From NCBI GenBank assembly GCA_035716085.1, contig DASTKC010000198.1, positions 1 through 41,091 of the forward strand: 41,091 bases of DNA. The letters are read 5' to 3'. The translations under genes and the position numbers were made by a program. The notes beneath the pieces are model-generated. The model was not told the DNA's origin. It was given only the letters and a program-made list of their open reading frames with translations, and made no database searches. Shown here one piece after another: positions 18,601-28,784 of this stretch. This DNA is from Candidatus Eiseniibacteriota bacterium. GTDB lineage: Bacteria > Eisenbacteria > RBG-16-71-46 > SZUA-252. Each line of letters begins with the position of its first letter. The stretch's first letter is position 1.

Positions 18601-19797
18601 GTGTCGCTCGCCCTCGAGCGCGGGGCCGCGCTCTCGTTCCTCCTTCTGGCCGCCGCGCTTCCCTGGTCCATCGCGCCCATGTCGATCGCGGTCGCGCTGT
18701 CGGGCGCGCTCACGCTCGCATGCTGGTGGCGCCCCGGAGGCGCGCGCTGGGTGCGCACGCCGGTCGATCCGGCCGCCATCGTGTGGCTGATCGCGCTCGG
18801 GATCGCGGCGCTCGCCGGGGAGGATCCGGCGGGGAGCGTGAATCGCGTCACGAAGGGATTCCTTCTCGCCATCGTTCCTCTTGCGGCCTATCACGGACGC
18901 GATCCCAAGCTCGCGCGGCGCGCGATCGCGGTGCTCCTCGTTTCGGCGGCCGTCGCGACGGTGTTCGCGCTCGTGAAGTTCGCCATGCAGGGGGGCGCGT
19001 TTCCGGTGCGCGTGCGGGGCGCGGTGGGGCATCCACTCACCTACGGCGGTCAGGCGATGCTCCTCGCGGTGCTCGCGGGGGCGATCCTCCTCCGCTCGCG
19101 CGACCGGCGCTGGAAGGGCGCGGCCGGCGCGCTGCTCCTTCTGCTCGCCCCGGCGCTCCTCGGGAGCTACACCCGGAGCGCGTGGATCGGCACCCTCGTC
19201 GGATTCGCGATCCTGATCGGCTTCACGCGCGCGCGATGGCTCCCCGCGCTCCTGGGAGCGCTTCTCGTCCTCGTGCTGGTCCTGCCTGGCGGCTACCGGG
19301 AGCGCGCGCTGAGCGTGTTCCATCCGCACGGCGTCTGGAACCGCGAGCGGATCATTCTCTGGGACGCGGGGTGGCGGATGTTTCGCGACCATCCGGTGAC
19401 CGGAGTCGGGCTCGAGGACTTGAAGCCCTGGGTGGCGCGATACCGCTCGCCCGAGGCGCACGAGCCGCCGCACGGCCACATGCACAACGTGTATCTGCAA
19501 GTGCTCGTCACGATGGGCGTGATCGGATTCGCGGCGTTCGTCTATCTGGTCACGGCGCTCTGGCGCACCGCCGCGCGCCGTCTCCGCGTCGATGCGCGCT
19601 CCCTAGACGCGGATCCCTTCGGCATGGCCCTTCGGATCGGGACCGTGGCCGCGCTCGCGGGATTCCTCGTCGCGGGACTCTTCGAGTGGAATTTCGGCGA
19701 CGAGGAGCTTCTCGATTTCCTGTTCACGCTGATCGGCCTCGCCTGGGCGGCGAGCGCCTGGAGGCACGTACGCCCCGTCGCGCCGCCCTCGTCCTGA
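18601..19797 (+). CDS. Second Wzy_C / O-antigen ligase family membrane protein (WaaL-like candidate)
   Basis: GTG start divergent from the methyltransferase. SYTRSAWIG, HPVTGVGLEDL, HMHNVYLQVLVTMGVIG. Confidence 0.78.
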   Translation: MSLALERGAALSFLLLAAALPWSIAPMSIAVALSGALTLACWWRPGGARWVRTPVDPAAIVWLIALGIAALAGEDPAGSVNRVTKGFLLAIVPLAAYHGRDPKLARRAIAVLLVSAAVATVFALVKFAMQGGAFPVRVRGAVGHPLTYGGQAMLLAVLAGAILLRSRDRRWKGAAGALLLLLAPALLGSYTRSAWIGTLVGFAILIGFTRARWLPALLGALLVLVLVLPGGYRERALSVFHPHGVWNRERIILWDAGWRMFRDHPVTGVGLEDLKPWVARYRSPEAHEPPHGHMHNVYLQVLVTMGVIGFAAFVYLVTALWRTAARRLRVDARSLDADPFGMALRIGTVAALAGFLVAGLFEWNFGDEELLDFLFTLIGLAWAASAWRHVRPVAPPSS

Positions 19798-20957
19798 CGC
19801 CGCGGCTTCCGTGGCCGGAGGATGACGGGGGACGGATCGCCACGGCCCAGTCGATCTGGGCGGCGGCGCAGGAGTACGACGTCACGGTGATCTCGTTCGC
19901 GCAGGAAGCGCCCGGCCCCACGCCTGAGCCGTGGCTTGGTCTCGGCATCGACGTGAAAACGGTGCCGCATCGCCCGCCGTCCAAGCCCGTCGCCCTAGCC
20001 CAGGGGCTCTTGGGGAAGCTCCCCTACACGCTCGCGCGCTACCGGAGCGCGGCGTTCGCCCGTGTCGTGGACGAGTGCGTCCGCACCCTTCGCCCCGCGT
20101 TCGCGCTCGCGAACAACCTCCACACGGCCTCGTATGTCGATCGCCTCGACGGCGTCCCGCTCGTTCTGCGCGAGCAAAACCTCGAGCACCTCTGGATGAG
20201 CCGCTACGCCGAGGAGTCGCTCGGCGGCCTGGCACGCGTGTACGCGGGCATCCAGGCCCGTCGGCTCAAAGCCGCCGAGCGAGCGTTTTGCCGCGCCGCG
20301 GCGCTGACGCTCGCGATCCAGGATCTGGAGCGGGACGCGCTGCGAGCGCTCGCCCCCGGCGCGTGGATCGAGACCTTGCCGGTCGGGATCGATCTCGACC
20401 GATTCGGTGAGCCGCGGACCGCCGATCCGCCGATCGTGCTCCTAGCGGGGGCGTTCGGATGGCCGCCGACCGCGTCGGGCGCGATCCGGTTCCTGAAGGA
20501 CGGTTGGCCGCGAGTGCGCGCGGCCGTTCCGGGCGCTCGCCTGCGCGTGGTGGGGAAGTCGCAGCCGGACGACCTCGTGCGCGCCGCACGCGCTCTCGGT
20601 GCGGACGTGGTGACCGTCGTTCCGTCGATGGCCGAGGAGATGGCTCGGGCCTCGGTGATGGTGGTCCCGCTCTGGAGCGGCGCCGGGGCGCGCGTCAAGA
20701 TCATGGAAGCCCTCGCGGCGCGCCTCCCGGTCGTCGCGACGCCGATCGGGGCCGAAGGGTTAGGGCTCGAACAAGGGCGTCATCACGTCGAAGGGGAGAG
20801 CGCGGGGGAGTTGGGGGACCGGACGGGCGCGCTCCTTCGCGACCCGGAGCGGCGCGCGTCGCTCGCGCGGGAAGGCCGGGCGTACGCGGAGGCCCACTGG
20901 TCGCAGGCCGCCGTGGCGCGGCTCCAGAACGAGCTCGTGGGACGAATCGCTCGATGA
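19686..20957 (+). CDS. Family 4 (GT-B) glycosyltransferase, start codon uncertain
   Basis: The conserved N-terminus LVLTPRLPWPEDDGG begins near 19785, with no ATG/GTG/TTG nearby. The nearest upstream in-frame GTG is 19686. C-terminal E-x7-E-like KIMEALAARLPVVATPIGAEG. Confidence 0.72.
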   Translation: MEFRRRGASRFPVHADRPRLGGERLEARTPRRAALVLTPRLPWPEDDGGRIATAQSIWAAAQEYDVTVISFAQEAPGPTPEPWLGLGIDVKTVPHRPPSKPVALAQGLLGKLPYTLARYRSAAFARVVDECVRTLRPAFALANNLHTASYVDRLDGVPLVLREQNLEHLWMSRYAEESLGGLARVYAGIQARRLKAAERAFCRAAALTLAIQDLERDALRALAPGAWIETLPVGIDLDRFGEPRTADPPIVLLAGAFGWPPTASGAIRFLKDGWPRVRAAVPGARLRVVGKSQPDDLVRAARALGADVVTVVPSMAEEMARASVMVVPLWSGAGARVKIMEALAARLPVVATPIGAEGLGLEQGRHHVEGESAGELGDRTGALLRDPERRASLAREGRAYAEAHWSQAAVARLQNELVGRIAR

Positions 20958-22087
20958 ACGAGTACGTTCTCTTCTTCCTGTCGGCCGTCGTGTCCGTGGT
21001 GGTGAACGCGCTCGGCCGCCTGCGTGGGCGCTCCGAACCGAGCCGCATCCTCGTCGTGAAGCTGGACCATCTCGGGGACGTGATCCTCGCGACTCCGGCC
21101 ATTCGCGCGCTCCACATGCGCTACCCCAAGGCCGTGATCGACGTGCTCGTCCATCCCGGGGGTACGGCCGCGGTCGCGCATCATCCCGGCGTCCACAGCG
21201 TCCTCACGTATCGCTCGCCGCGATTCTCGCGCGATGGAACGGCCGACGATTCGTCGCGCCTCCACGAAGTCGCCCGGACGCGGTACGACACCGTCGTGGA
21301 GCTGCGCGGCGACGGGCGGACGCTTCTCCTGCCGTTTCGGACCGGCGCCCGTCGGCGCGTGGATCGAGGAACGGTGCGACTCCGCAATAAGGCCCTGCGC
21401 GTCCTCGGACGCGCGCCTACGCTCCACGAGGTGGAGACCAATCTCGAGATCGTGCGGCCGCTCGTCGGGGCGCCGGCGGCTCGTCCCCGGGTCGAAGTGG
21501 ATCCTGGGCCCGAGGCGCGTGCCTCGCTGACCCGGACGCTCGAGGAGCGGGCCGTTCCGGCCGGTGCGCGCCTCGTCGTGCTCCACCCGGGCGCCGCGTG
21601 GCGTCCGCGCGCGTGGCGCCCGGAGCGGTTCGGGGCGGTTGCCGACTGGATTCTCGGCCACTATGATGCCCAGGTCGTGCTCGTCGGCTCCGAGGACGAG
21701 CGGGATGTCGAGGACCTGGTGCGGCGCTCGATGCGGGAGGATCGGGCTCTGGCGATGACCGGCTCGCTGACGCTCGAGGAATTGACGGCGCTGCTCGGTC
21801 GATCGGCCCTCTTCATCGGGAACGACAGCGGCCCCGCCCACCTGGCGGCCGCCTGCGGCGTACCGTCCATCGTGCTCTTCGGACCCCAGGACCCGCGCCG
21901 CTTCGGTCCGTGGTCGGAGCGCACCCAGGTGCTTCACCATCCGGTCGCGTGCTTTCCGTGCCGCCAGACCGTGTGCGTGATGGCCGAGGATCCCTGCGTG
22001 AACCGAAACGAAGTCGCCGACGTGATCGCGAGAGCGCGCGACCTCCTGGGGCCGCCCGAGCGCGTCCAAGCCGCGGCGCGGGGCTGA
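20954..22087 (+). CDS. Family 9 glycosyltransferase (heptosyltransferase-like)
   Basis: ILVVKLDHLGDVILATPAIRAL, VLHPGAAW, GNDSGPAHLAAACGVPSIVLFGP. ATGA overlap with the GT4 stop. Confidence 0.85.
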   Translation: MNEYVLFFLSAVVSVVVNALGRLRGRSEPSRILVVKLDHLGDVILATPAIRALHMRYPKAVIDVLVHPGGTAAVAHHPGVHSVLTYRSPRFSRDGTADDSSRLHEVARTRYDTVVELRGDGRTLLLPFRTGARRRVDRGTVRLRNKALRVLGRAPTLHEVETNLEIVRPLVGAPAARPRVEVDPGPEARASLTRTLEERAVPAGARLVVLHPGAAWRPRAWRPERFGAVADWILGHYDAQVVLVGSEDERDVEDLVRRSMREDRALAMTGSLTLEELTALLGRSALFIGNDSGPAHLAAACGVPSIVLFGPQDPRRFGPWSERTQVLHHPVACFPCRQTVCVMAEDPCVNRNEVADVIARARDLLGPPERVQAAARG

Positions 22088-22089
22088 GC

Positions 22090-23487
22090 GTGTTCGCCCG
22101 GCACCGCCAGCTCCTCCAGATCGGCGTCTTCTTCCTCGACGCGCTCCTGATCTTCGCGGCGTGGTGCGTCGCGTACTGGCTCCGCTTCCACGCGCTCCAC
22201 CTGGCGGCGCCGCGCGGAGTGCCTCCGATCGAGCGCTACCTCTGGATCGGGGCCGTCCTCACGCCGTTCGGGCTCTTGATCCTGCGCTCCTTCCGCCTCT
22301 ACCGCTCGGCGCGCACCGCGCGGCTCTCGCAGGAGCTCTGGACGCTCGTACAGGGCGTGGCGATCCTCACGGCGGTGGCCGCGCTCGCGTCCTATTCGAT
22401 TCGCGGAGAGGTCGCGCGCTCGGTGCTTTTGATCTTCGCGGTCGTGGCGGCGCTCCTCCTGACGGCCGCGCACGCGGCGATCCGGCTCGCGCTCCGCGCC
22501 GCGCGACGGAGCGGCCACAACCTGCGCCACGTGCTCCTCGTGGGCACGGGCGATCTCGCCGAGCGCGTCGGGCGGAAGATGATCGCGGAGGCGGACTACG
22601 GCCTTCACGTGATCGGGATGGTCTCCGCGGACGCCACGGAAGTGGGGAATCACGTCGGGCCGTTCCTCGTGGTGGGCTGCGTCGCGGATCTGCCGGGGCT
22701 CGTGACCGAGTCCGGGGCGGAGCTCGTGTACGTGGCGTTTCCGCGCGCGGAGCACGAGGCCGAGCAGGACGCGCTCGAGCGGCTCGGCGACTCGACGGCC
22801 GCCGTCCGCCTCGTGCCCGATCTCAACCGCAGGCACACCCTGAACGCGAGCGTCGAGGATTTCGACGGCACGCCGGTCGTGCTCGTGACCGAGACGCCGG
22901 AGCAGGGCTGGAACTCGGTTCTCAAGCGCGCGTTCGATCTCGCCGTCTCGGCAGCGTCCCTGGTCTTGCTGTCGCCGCTTCTCGTCGCGATCGCGCTCTG
23001 GGTGAAGCTCGACTCGTCCGGCCCCGCGCTCTACGCGCAGGAGCGCGTGGGCTCGAACGGACGCCGGTTCCGCATGCTCAAGTTCCGCACCATGCGCACG
23101 GACGCCGAAGCCGCGGGGCCGCAGTGGAGCCAGGCCGAGGATCCGCGCCGGACGCGGGCGGGCGAGATCCTCCGGCGCCTCTCCCTCGACGAGCTGCCGC
23201 AGCTTTGGAACGTCCTCGTGGGCCACATGAGCCTCGTCGGCCCGCGCCCCGAGCAGCCGGTCTTCGTCGACCGGTTCCGCGCGTCGATCCCGCGTTACAT
23301 GCTCCGGCACCACGTGAAGTCGGGCATCACCGGCTGGGCGCAGGTGAACGGCCTCCGCGGCGACACGCCGCTCGAGCGGCGGATCGAGTACGACCTCTAC
23401 TACATCGAGAACTGGTCGATGAGCTTCGACATGAAGATCCTCGCCCTCACCGTCGTTCGCATCTTCCGCGACCCGAGCGCGAACTAG
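22090..23487 (+). CDS. Polyprenyl-phosphate hexose-1-phosphate transferase (WcaJ/WbaP-type bacterial sugar transferase)
   Basis: N-terminal TM block, then KRAFDLAVSAASLVLLSPLL...ALYAQERVG.NGRRFRMLKFRTM...DELPQLWNVLVGHMSLVGPRP...GITGWAQV. Confidence 0.9.
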   Translation: MFARHRQLLQIGVFFLDALLIFAAWCVAYWLRFHALHLAAPRGVPPIERYLWIGAVLTPFGLLILRSFRLYRSARTARLSQELWTLVQGVAILTAVAALASYSIRGEVARSVLLIFAVVAALLLTAAHAAIRLALRAARRSGHNLRHVLLVGTGDLAERVGRKMIAEADYGLHVIGMVSADATEVGNHVGPFLVVGCVADLPGLVTESGAELVYVAFPRAEHEAEQDALERLGDSTAAVRLVPDLNRRHTLNASVEDFDGTPVVLVTETPEQGWNSVLKRAFDLAVSAASLVLLSPLLVAIALWVKLDSSGPALYAQERVGSNGRRFRMLKFRTMRTDAEAAGPQWSQAEDPRRTRAGEILRRLSLDELPQLWNVLVGHMSLVGPRPEQPVFVDRFRASIPRYMLRHHVKSGITGWAQVNGLRGDTPLERRIEYDLYYIENWSMSFDMKILALTVVRIFRDPSAN

Positions 23488-23498
23488 GAGGCGTTGGC

Positions 23499-24104
23499 AT
23501 GGCGTTACGGCTCCACGTGGGCTGCGGCACCGTGTACCTGGACGGATACGTGAACCTGGACGTCGAGGTGCCGGGCTACTCCTTCCTCGCGACCGAGCGG
23601 CCCGATCTCGCCGATCGAAACCGCACGACGGTCGACCGCTACTACAAGAAGGAGGAGTCGCAGGCGACGCTCGAGCACGGACCGGGCGAGATCCAGTACT
23701 GCGTCGTGGATCGCTTCGCCGATCTTCGCGCGCTTCCGTTCGCCCCCGATTCGGCCGACGAGATTCGAACCGTGCAGGTGCTCGAGCACCTCGACATGCG
23801 GGAAGCGCCGCGCGTGGTGCGACACTGGTACGAGGTCTTGAAGCCTGGCGGAATGCTCCACGTGGACGTCCCCGATTTCGAGGAGACCGCGCGCCAGCTC
23901 CTCGCGCAGCCGGACGAGCCGTCGAAGGACTGGTACTACCGGCTCGTCTACGGCAGCCAGAAGAACGCGTACGCGTTCCACAAGAACGGCTTCAGCCCGG
24001 CGCGACTCGAGCGGCTCCTGCGCGAGGCCGGCTTCCGCGAGGTGCGCCCGGTCCCGAACCGGATCCACTTCTACCCGGTGGCGATCGCCGAGGCGATCAA
24101 GTAG
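23499..24104 (+). CDS. Class I SAM-dependent methyltransferase
   Basis: AGGAGG lies 7 nt upstream of the ATG. LHVGCG, VQVLEHL, LKPGGMLHV. Confidence 0.72.
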   Translation: MALRLHVGCGTVYLDGYVNLDVEVPGYSFLATERPDLADRNRTTVDRYYKKEESQATLEHGPGEIQYCVVDRFADLRALPFAPDSADEIRTVQVLEHLDMREAPRVVRHWYEVLKPGGMLHVDVPDFEETARQLLAQPDEPSKDWYYRLVYGSQKNAYAFHKNGFSPARLERLLREAGFREVRPVPNRIHFYPVAIAEAIK

Positions 24105-24132
24105 CGCGGCCGCGAGCGACCCCGAACCCAGC

Positions 24133-25290
24133 GTGCGCATCTTCCTCGTCCTCCACCGGAGCCCCAACCCGGCGATCACGTCGGACCTCTGGAAGGACAA
24201 CCTCCACGATCCGCTCGTCGCGATGGGGCACGACGTCGTGCTCTGGGGAGAGGGAATCGCTCCGCTCTTCGATCTCGACCCCGACGATCCGGGAACGGCG
24301 GAGCCCCGGGCGCGCTTCACCGAGCGCTTCCTCGAGGCGGTCGAGGAGGCCCATCGGGCCTCGCCGCTCGACCTCGTCATCACGTACGTCATGGACAGCC
24401 ATCTCGAGCCCGCCGCGATCGATCGCGTTCGCGACAAGATCGCGCCGGTCCTCAATTTCTTCTGCAACAACGTGCACCAGTTCCATCTCGTGCAGAGGAA
24501 CGCGCGCCACTACTCCTTCTGCCTCGTACCGGAGGCGGAAGCGATCCTTCGCTACAAGCGGGCGGGGGCGGAGCCCCTTTTCTTTCCCATGGCGGCGAAC
24601 CCGGACCGCTACCGCCCGATGGACGCCTCCTACCGGTACGACGCCACGTTCTCCGGACAGCGCTACGGCGATCGGACCTCGTCGATGCTCGCGCTTCGTG
24701 AGGGAGGCGTGGACGCACACGCGTTCGGCCAGTACTGGGATCCGGCGCCCGTTCCCGAGGACTCATCCGCCGGCTTCGGGCAACGGGGGATTCTGGCGCG
24801 CGCTGTGGAGCTCGCGTTCGGCGGCCGGAACGTGCTCCAGGCGATGCGCGACCGGATGGACTGGGACCGGCTCCGGACGCGCCATGGAGCGGCGCTCCAC
24901 GGTCCCGTGAGCGACGAGGAGTACGTGGCGCTCTTCAGCGAGAGCCGGATCAGTCTCGGCTTCCTCATTCTTGGAGACACGCATCGAACGTCCCGGCCGC
25001 TCCGGCAGATCCGCCTCCGCGAGTTCGAGGCGCCGATGGCGGGGGCGTTCTACGTCACAGGATGGCTGGACGAGATCGCGCTTCACTACGAGATCGGGAA
25101 GGAGATCGTCTGCTACCGGTCGAGGGACGAGCTCGTGGACCTGAGCCGCTACTACCTCGCGAACGACACGGAGCGCGAACGGATCCGCCGCGCGGGGCAC
25201 GAGCGGGCGCGGCGCGACCACACGTGGCGCCGCCGGTTCGAGGACCTGTTCGCTGAGCTTCGGCGCCGCAAGGTGATCGAGAGCGTCTGA
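24133..25290 (+). CDS. CgeB-like glycosyltransferase (Glyco_trans_1_2-type C-terminus)
   Basis: C-terminal RLREFEAPMAGAFYVT...YYLANDTERERIRRAGHERARRDHTWRRRFEDL resembles CgeB/DUF3880-type proteins as I recall them. GTG start. Confidence 0.62.
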   Translation: MRIFLVLHRSPNPAITSDLWKDNLHDPLVAMGHDVVLWGEGIAPLFDLDPDDPGTAEPRARFTERFLEAVEEAHRASPLDLVITYVMDSHLEPAAIDRVRDKIAPVLNFFCNNVHQFHLVQRNARHYSFCLVPEAEAILRYKRAGAEPLFFPMAANPDRYRPMDASYRYDATFSGQRYGDRTSSMLALREGGVDAHAFGQYWDPAPVPEDSSAGFGQRGILARAVELAFGGRNVLQAMRDRMDWDRLRTRHGAALHGPVSDEEYVALFSESRISLGFLILGDTHRTSRPLRQIRLREFEAPMAGAFYVTGWLDEIALHYEIGKEIVCYRSRDELVDLSRYYLANDTERERIRRAGHERARRDHTWRRRFEDLFAELRRRKVIESV

Positions 25291-25300
25291 GCGGGCTCAG
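25287..25300. terminator. Short palindrome CTGAGC-GG-GCTCAG spanning both convergent stop codons
   Basis: Read directly. TGA (25288-25290) and the minus-strand TGA (25297-25299) both lie inside the inverted repeat. No U-tract. Confidence 0.2.
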
Positions 25301-26727
25301 GCCCGGGTGATCAGCGCGGCGAGTCCCGTGAGGAGCGCGGCCGCGGCGCCGGCCGCCGCAAGGTCGCCGGCGCGCGGCCCTATTCCCGCGCGCCGCATGC
25401 GCCAGATCGCGACCAGGAGCAGCACCCCGCCACCTGCCGCGTAGGCGAAGGGGAGCGACATCGCGCCCGCTCCCGCGCGGACGAACGCGGCATACGCGAC
25501 GGCGAGCGCGATCGGCCAGACGGTGCCGATTCCCACCCAGAGCCTGCGTCCTCCGACGGGCAGGGCTCCCACCGACCACGTGAGCGCGGCGATGCGTCCG
25601 AACTCTCCGAGAAGGGCCCAGGCCATGAGCGGGCGCGCCGCATCGAAGCGCGTCGAGTAGAGGAGATGGAGGAGCGGCGAGGCCGCCACCATCGTGAACG
25701 CGATCGCCGCCGCCGCGAGAAGGAGGAGCGGCTTCCATTGACGCCTTGTATACGTCCGCGCGGCGTCCACGCCTCCGGCCGCGGACGCCGCGCTGATCTT
25801 CCCGAACGCGTAACTGGCCAGGTAGGCGTAGAAGACGGCGCCGACGATCTGCGACAGAGCGAGAGCCGCCTGCAACAGTCCGTTCGCGTCCACGCCATGA
25901 GCCCGAACGTAATGCGCGCGGAGCGCGAGCATCGTGCCGAGATCGAGGAGCGCCAAGAAGAGCGCCGATGTGCCGATGCCGAGGAGCCGCTTCGCCACCT
26001 CCCCGCTCACGATCGGGCGCGTCGGTGGTCCCGGCACGTCGCGGTACGCCCGGCCTCGCACGAGGAGCACACCCAGCGCTCCCGCGGGCCAGAACACGGT
26101 CACCCCGATCGTGGCCCCCACGAGTCCCGCGCGGGGCACGAGGAGGAAGGTGGCCGTGAGCGAGGCGGCGCCGCCGAACGCCGCGTAGATCACGGGGGCC
26201 GTCACGTCCGAGCGTCCCGCGAAGAGTCCGAGCAGGAGATTCGCGATCGCATAGCCGACCAGGCCGAGCACCGACCAGCGAACGAGATCCGCGTGCGAGG
26301 GCGAGTCCAGGAGCGCTCGAGAGAGCGCGGGGGCGAGGAGGAGGGCTGCCGTCGCGATCACGAGGACGGCGGCGAGGACGAGGCCGAACGCGGTCCAGAA
26401 GCCGCGCCGCGCGCCCTCGACGTCGCCGCGTCCCAAGGACTCCGACACCGCCTGCGCGACGGGCAGGCTCATGCCGAGCCCGGCGGCGATGCCGAGCCAC
26501 GTCTGACCCTGGACGATCTGCGCCAGCACGCCGATGCCGGACACGTCGAGGTGCGTCGCGACCCACTTGTTGCGGCCCACGCTCGCCAGCGCGACCACGG
26601 CCGGATAGGCGGCGGTCGCGGCGAGCCTCGCGCCGCGCTCGATCCAGAGCCGCGCGCCGGGCGGCATGGCGGAGAGCGGCGCCTCGAACGGAGACGGCGC
26701 GCGGTTGGGCTCCGGCTTGAGCGGCAT
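25297..26727 (-). CDS. Second MOP-superfamily flippase (Wzx/polysaccharide biosynthesis protein)
   Basis: About 12-14 TM segments. The start is set at MPLKPEP (ATG 26727). The upstream 83 codons of the ORF are Arg/Ser-rich and overlap the divergent GT2. Confidence 0.78.
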   Translation of the reverse strand: MPLKPEPNRAPSPFEAPLSAMPPGARLWIERGARLAATAAYPAVVALASVGRNKWVATHLDVSGIGVLAQIVQGQTWLGIAAGLGMSLPVAQAVSESLGRGDVEGARRGFWTAFGLVLAAVLVIATAALLLAPALSRALLDSPSHADLVRWSVLGLVGYAIANLLLGLFAGRSDVTAPVIYAAFGGAASLTATFLLVPRAGLVGATIGVTVFWPAGALGVLLVRGRAYRDVPGPPTRPIVSGEVAKRLLGIGTSALFLALLDLGTMLALRAHYVRAHGVDANGLLQAALALSQIVGAVFYAYLASYAFGKISAASAAGGVDAARTYTRRQWKPLLLLAAAAIAFTMVAASPLLHLLYSTRFDAARPLMAWALLGEFGRIAALTWSVGALPVGGRRLWVGIGTVWPIALAVAYAAFVRAGAGAMSLPFAYAAGGGVLLLVAIWRMRRAGIGPRAGDLAAAGAAAALLTGLAALITRA

Positions 26728-26795
26728 GCGCGGCAGTGTCGAGGACCCTCCGCGGAGTGTCAATCGCGCCAGCGGGCGCGTGCTACATTCGGCCG

Positions 26796-27767
26796 ATGAA
26801 TGCGGACCCGGCCGCTCCCCTCGTGAGCGTCCTCCTCGCGAGCCGAAACGGAGCGCGGTTCCTACCCGAAGCGCTCGCGAGCATCGCCTCCCAGACCTAT
26901 CCCGCGATCGAACCGGTGCTGGTCGACGACGGCTCGGCCGACGGGACGCGCGCGATCTTAGACGAGTTCGCCGCATCGCACCCGCGCGCGCGCGTGCTCC
27001 GCACGGATGGAGTCGGGCTCGCGTCGGCGATGACGCTCGCCGCCCGCGAGGCGAGCGGGGACTACCTCGCGCGGCACGACGACGACGACCGCTCGCATCC
27101 CGAGCGCATCGCCCGCCAGATGAAATACATGGAAGAGCATCCCGACGTGGGGGTGCTGGGCACCGCGGCCCAGGTGATCGACGGTGAAGGACGGCGCATC
27201 GGAACGCATCCGGTGCCTCTCACGCCCATGGACATCGGACGAACCCTCGAGCGCGCGTCGCCGTTCGTGCACGGCTCGGTCGTGATGCGGCGCCGCGCGT
27301 ACGAGGCTGCCGGCGGGTACCGCGGGGCATTTCGCGCCTCCCAGGACTATGACCTCTGGCTCCGCATGGCGCCGCACGCCGGGCTCGCCAATCTCGCGGA
27401 GCCGCTCTACGAGTGGCGGCTCCACGACGCGGGCGTTTTCTCGCGCGCGCGGCGCGATCAGCTCTTCTATGCGGCCGTCGCGCGCGCGTTCGCCGACGAG
27501 CGGCGCGACACGGGGTCCGATTCCGTATCGCTCCTCTCGAACGGCGCGGATCCGGACGGACTCTTGAGCCGCTATCCGCGCGCGGGACGGCTGGCGCTCT
27601 ATCTCGGCGAAGTCCACGTGCGGGAGGGGCTCGGCTCGGAAGGGCGCCGCTATCTCGGCCGCGCGCTGCGCGAATCGGAATTCGGAGCGCTTCCCTGGTG
27701 GCTCCTCGCCTGGATGATTCCATGGACCAAGCGCGGGCGCCGGGCCTCGCGCCGCGCTCGCACGTGA
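26796..27767 (+). CDS. Family 2 glycosyltransferase
   Basis: VSVLLASRNGARFLPEALASIASQTY, VLVDDGSADGT, ARHDDDDRSHPERI, QDYDLWLRM. Start at ATG 26796 (MNADP). Confidence 0.85.
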   Translation: MNADPAAPLVSVLLASRNGARFLPEALASIASQTYPAIEPVLVDDGSADGTRAILDEFAASHPRARVLRTDGVGLASAMTLAAREASGDYLARHDDDDRSHPERIARQMKYMEEHPDVGVLGTAAQVIDGEGRRIGTHPVPLTPMDIGRTLERASPFVHGSVVMRRRAYEAAGGYRGAFRASQDYDLWLRMAPHAGLANLAEPLYEWRLHDAGVFSRARRDQLFYAAVARAFADERRDTGSDSVSLLSNGADPDGLLSRYPRAGRLALYLGEVHVREGLGSEGRRYLGRALRESEFGALPWWLLAWMIPWTKRGRRASRRART

Positions 27768-28771
27768 AGATTCTCCTCGCCGCGGACGTCGATCTCTCGA
27801 AGCCGGGCGGGCTCGAGACTCACGTGCTCGAGGTCTCGGAGCGGCTCCGCGCGCGGGGCCACGATATCGACCTCTGGGCGCGAGGCGTCCCGGATGCGGT
27901 GCGCGCGCTCGAGCCCTCGCGCTACGACATCGTCCACCGTCACACGATGGCGTGGCCACGGAGCGTGGAGCCGGGTCCGCGCGTGGTCACGACCCTCCAC
28001 TTCTGCGTGGCGGGCAAGATGGACGCGTACGTGCGTCTGGGCCGCTGGAAGACGCTCGCGCGGCCGGGCAACTGGACCGCGCGGGCGGACGAAGGGCGCG
28101 CGGCGCGAGCGCCAGGCGCGCTGATCGCGGTCTCGAAGCGGGTCCGGGACGAGTTCGCGCGCTTCCACGGCATCGACCCCGCGCGCGCCGCCGTGATCCC
28201 GAATGGGGCCTCCTTCGCGCCGCCGCGCGAGGGGCGGGAGGCGTGGCGCCGGAAGCACGCCATCGACCCCGGCACCCTCGTTCTTCTCACGATCGGGAGA
28301 CACGACTTCGTGAAGGGGTATGACCTTCTGGAGCGCGCGTGGCGCGAGGTTCGATCGCGCCACTCAGGCGCCCTTTGGGTCGTCGTGGGGGGAAGCGGCC
28401 CCGAGCGATCGGAGGGCCGGCTCGTGACGGGATCGGTGCCGCGCGACCACGTGACCGAGTGGATCCACGCATCCGACCTGGGCGCGCTTCCGTCGTATTA
28501 CGAAGGCTGCAGCGTCGCGCTCCTCGAGATGCTGGCCGGAGGGCTCATGACGCTGGCGCACGATGTCGGGGGGGCGCTCGAGGCGATCCGCCCGGGCGAG
28601 AACGGCGAGCTCGTGCCGCGCGACATGAATGCGTGGGTCCACGCGATCGACCGTGCATTTCGCCAATCGCCGCCGCGTCGCTCCGGGGGTCTAGACCCGG
28701 CGTATCGATGGGACGCGATCGTGGATTCGATCGAAGAGGTCTATCGGAGGGTGCGTGCCCGATATCCGTGA
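27764..28771 (+). CDS. Family 4 (GT-B) glycosyltransferase
   Basis: GTGA overlap with the GT2 stop. KPGGLETHV, PSYYEGCSVALLEMLAGG. Confidence 0.78.
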   Translation: MKILLAADVDLSKPGGLETHVLEVSERLRARGHDIDLWARGVPDAVRALEPSRYDIVHRHTMAWPRSVEPGPRVVTTLHFCVAGKMDAYVRLGRWKTLARPGNWTARADEGRAARAPGALIAVSKRVRDEFARFHGIDPARAAVIPNGASFAPPREGREAWRRKHAIDPGTLVLLTIGRHDFVKGYDLLERAWREVRSRHSGALWVVVGGSGPERSEGRLVTGSVPRDHVTEWIHASDLGALPSYYEGCSVALLEMLAGGLMTLAHDVGGALEAIRPGENGELVPRDMNAWVHAIDRAFRQSPPRRSGGLDPAYRWDAIVDSIEEVYRRVRARYP

Positions 28772-28784
28772 TACACTGCCGCCC

